NCBI GenBank assembly: GCA_964022435.1
Contig: CAXIAL010000009.1
Location: 5,659 to 69,658 of the forward strand
Length of the DNA stretch: 64,000 bases
Direction: 5' to 3'
DNA from: an uncultured Roseobacteraceae bacterium
GTDB taxonomy: Bacteria > Pseudomonadota > Alphaproteobacteria > Rhodobacterales > Rhodobacteraceae
Below the pieces are notes generated by a model. The model had not been told where the DNA came from. It saw only the letters and a program-made list of their open reading frames with translations, and did not search any database. Both the position numbers and the translations under genes were made by a program. Below are positions 61,445 to 64,000 of the stretch, piece by piece. Positions within the stretch are counted from its first letter, which is position 1, and each line of letters begins with the position of its first letter.

Positions 61445-63001
61445 ATGACAACGAATGAAGTGTTGATTTTCGACACCACGCTGCGCGACGGCGAACAATC
61501 CCCTGGCGCCACAATGACCCACACTGAAAAGCTGGAAATCGCCGAGCTGCTGGACGACATGGGCGTCAATATCATCGAGGCCGGTTTCCCCATCGCATCA
61601 GAGGGCGATTTTAAGGCTGTGTCCGAAATTTCGGCACGCTCTAAATCGGCGACCATCTGTGGCTTGGCTCGTGCGAACTACAAAGACATCGACCGCTGCT
61701 GGGAGGCGGTGAAACACGCGAAATCCCCTCGCATTCACACATTTATCGGCACATCTGAATTGCACCGCGCCATTCCGAACCTGACAATGGACGAAATGGC
61801 AGAGCGTATCCACGACACGGTCACCCATGCGCGCAATCTGTGCGACAACGTGCAATGGTCACCGATGGATGCAACCCGCACCGAATGGGATTACCTGTGC
61901 CGTGTGGTAGAGATCGCGATCAAGGCCGGTGCGACCACGATCAACATCCCTGATACGGTCGGCTACACCGCCCCAGTCGAATCCGCTGATCTGATCCGCA
62001 ACCTGATCAAAACCGTGCCGGGCGCGGATGACATCATCTTTGCGACCCACTGCCACAACGACCTTGGCATGGCGACGGCAAACTCGCTGGCCGCTGTTGA
62101 AGGCGGTGCGCGCCAGATTGAATGCACAATCAACGGACTTGGCGAACGTGCGGGCAACACTGCATTGGAAGAGGTCGTCATGGCACTGAAGGTCCGGTCG
62201 GACATCATGCCCTATACGACCAAGATCGACACAACCAAGATCATGAACATCTCGCGCCGCGTGGCCACTGTGTCAGGCTTTGCCGTGCAGTTTAACAAAG
62301 CGATTGTGGGCAAAAACGCATTTGCCCATGAATCAGGCATCCACCAAGACGGCATGCTGAAAAACAAAGAAACGTTCGAGATTATGCGCCCCGAAGATGT
62401 AGGCTTGGCAGGCACATCGCTGCCGCTGGGCAAACATTCGGGCCGCGCGGCCTTGCGCGTCAAGCTGACCGAACTGGGCTATGATATGGCCGATAATCAG
62501 CTCAAAGACGTGTTCGTCCGGTTCAAAGAATTGGCCGACCGCAAAAAAGAAGTGTTCGACGACGATCTGATCGCGCTGATGCGCCAAACAGACGGGGTAG
62601 AGGACAGCATTCGCCTGAAATCCCTGCGCGTTGTCTGTGGCACCGATGGTCCACAATCCGCAGATATGGCGCTGGAAATTGACGGGGCCTTCGTCGAAAC
62701 AATGGCGACGGGGGATGGGCCTGTTGATGCGACGTTCAACGCCGTGAAGGCGCTCGTGGAACACAGCGCGCGCCTGCAGTTGTATCAAGTCAGCGCCGTC
62801 ACCGAAGGTACAGACGCCCAAGCCACCGTGACCGTGCGTTTGGAAGAAGACGGGCGCATTGCGACCGGCCAGTCAGCCGACACCGATACCGTTGTCGCAA
62901 GCGCAAAGGCCTATATTAACGCGCTGAACCGCCTGATCGTGCGCCGCGAGCAATCGCAGCCCGGTTACGACACCAAAGGCGTCAGCTACAAAGATAGCTA
63001 A
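61445..63001 (+). CDS. leuA: 2-isopropylmalate synthase
   Basis: DTTLRDGEQ, HCHNDLG, GLGERAGN, HESGIHQDG, GKHSGR, G.GPVDA regulatory domain. Confidence 0.97.
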   Translation: MTTNEVLIFDTTLRDGEQSPGATMTHTEKLEIAELLDDMGVNIIEAGFPIASEGDFKAVSEISARSKSATICGLARANYKDIDRCWEAVKHAKSPRIHTFIGTSELHRAIPNLTMDEMAERIHDTVTHARNLCDNVQWSPMDATRTEWDYLCRVVEIAIKAGATTINIPDTVGYTAPVESADLIRNLIKTVPGADDIIFATHCHNDLGMATANSLAAVEGGARQIECTINGLGERAGNTALEEVVMALKVRSDIMPYTTKIDTTKIMNISRRVATVSGFAVQFNKAIVGKNAFAHESGIHQDGMLKNKETFEIMRPEDVGLAGTSLPLGKHSGRAALRVKLTELGYDMADNQLKDVFVRFKELADRKKEVFDDDLIALMRQTDGVEDSIRLKSLRVVCGTDGPQSADMALEIDGAFVETMATGDGPVDATFNAVKALVEHSARLQLYQVSAVTEGTDAQATVTVRLEEDGRIATGQSADTDTVVASAKAYINALNRLIVRREQSQPGYDTKGVSYKDS

Positions 63002-63007
63002 GCCATC

Positions 63008-63031
63008 GGGGCGGCATGATCTCGCCGCCCC
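63008..63031 (+). terminator. Hairpin after leuA
   Basis: GGGGCGGC-N8-GCCGCCCC; weak U tail. Confidence 0.5.
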
Positions 63032-63105
63032 CTTCGCGCTTTGCCCCTTTCGCATGGCGCTGCCCTTACATATAAAGGCGACGCGACGAACGTCGCGATT
63101 CATGA

Positions 63106-64000
<895 letters not shown>

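Overview
A 64 kb chromosomal window from an alphaproteobacterium of the Rhodobacterales/Roseobacter group (inferred from gene content and order: F1-only atpHAGDC operon next to prs, class I LysRS, FeS-type photolyase). It is mostly housekeeping genes: ltaE, prs, atp, gloB, clpA, truA, tamAB, acs, lysS, dacB, nadD, ettA, gltX, nadE, leuA and a truncated mreB. I saw no tRNA/rRNA, CRISPR array, integrase, transposase or prophage. Main points of interest: (1) a LysR-linked four-gene operon resembling the Acinetobacter trigonelline (tgn) pathway, but with a divergent monooxygenase and no flavin reductase, so possibly acting on another N-methylpyridinium compound such as homarine; (2) a non-flagellar MotA/MotB-like pair with a ~500-residue coiled coil and a CtrA-like box upstream; (3) an H-type lectin gene broken by a single in-frame TAG; (4) an orphan DUF3726-like plus 549-aa unknown gene pair; (5) a stand-alone tailspike-like beta-helix protein; (6) a ~45-bp REP-like element in three copies; (7) tandem csp genes whose 5' leaders share structure with compensatory base changes; (8) a leucine-rich leader peptide upstream of leuA that the ORF track missed. 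All family assignments come from motif recognition and memory; no database search was run.
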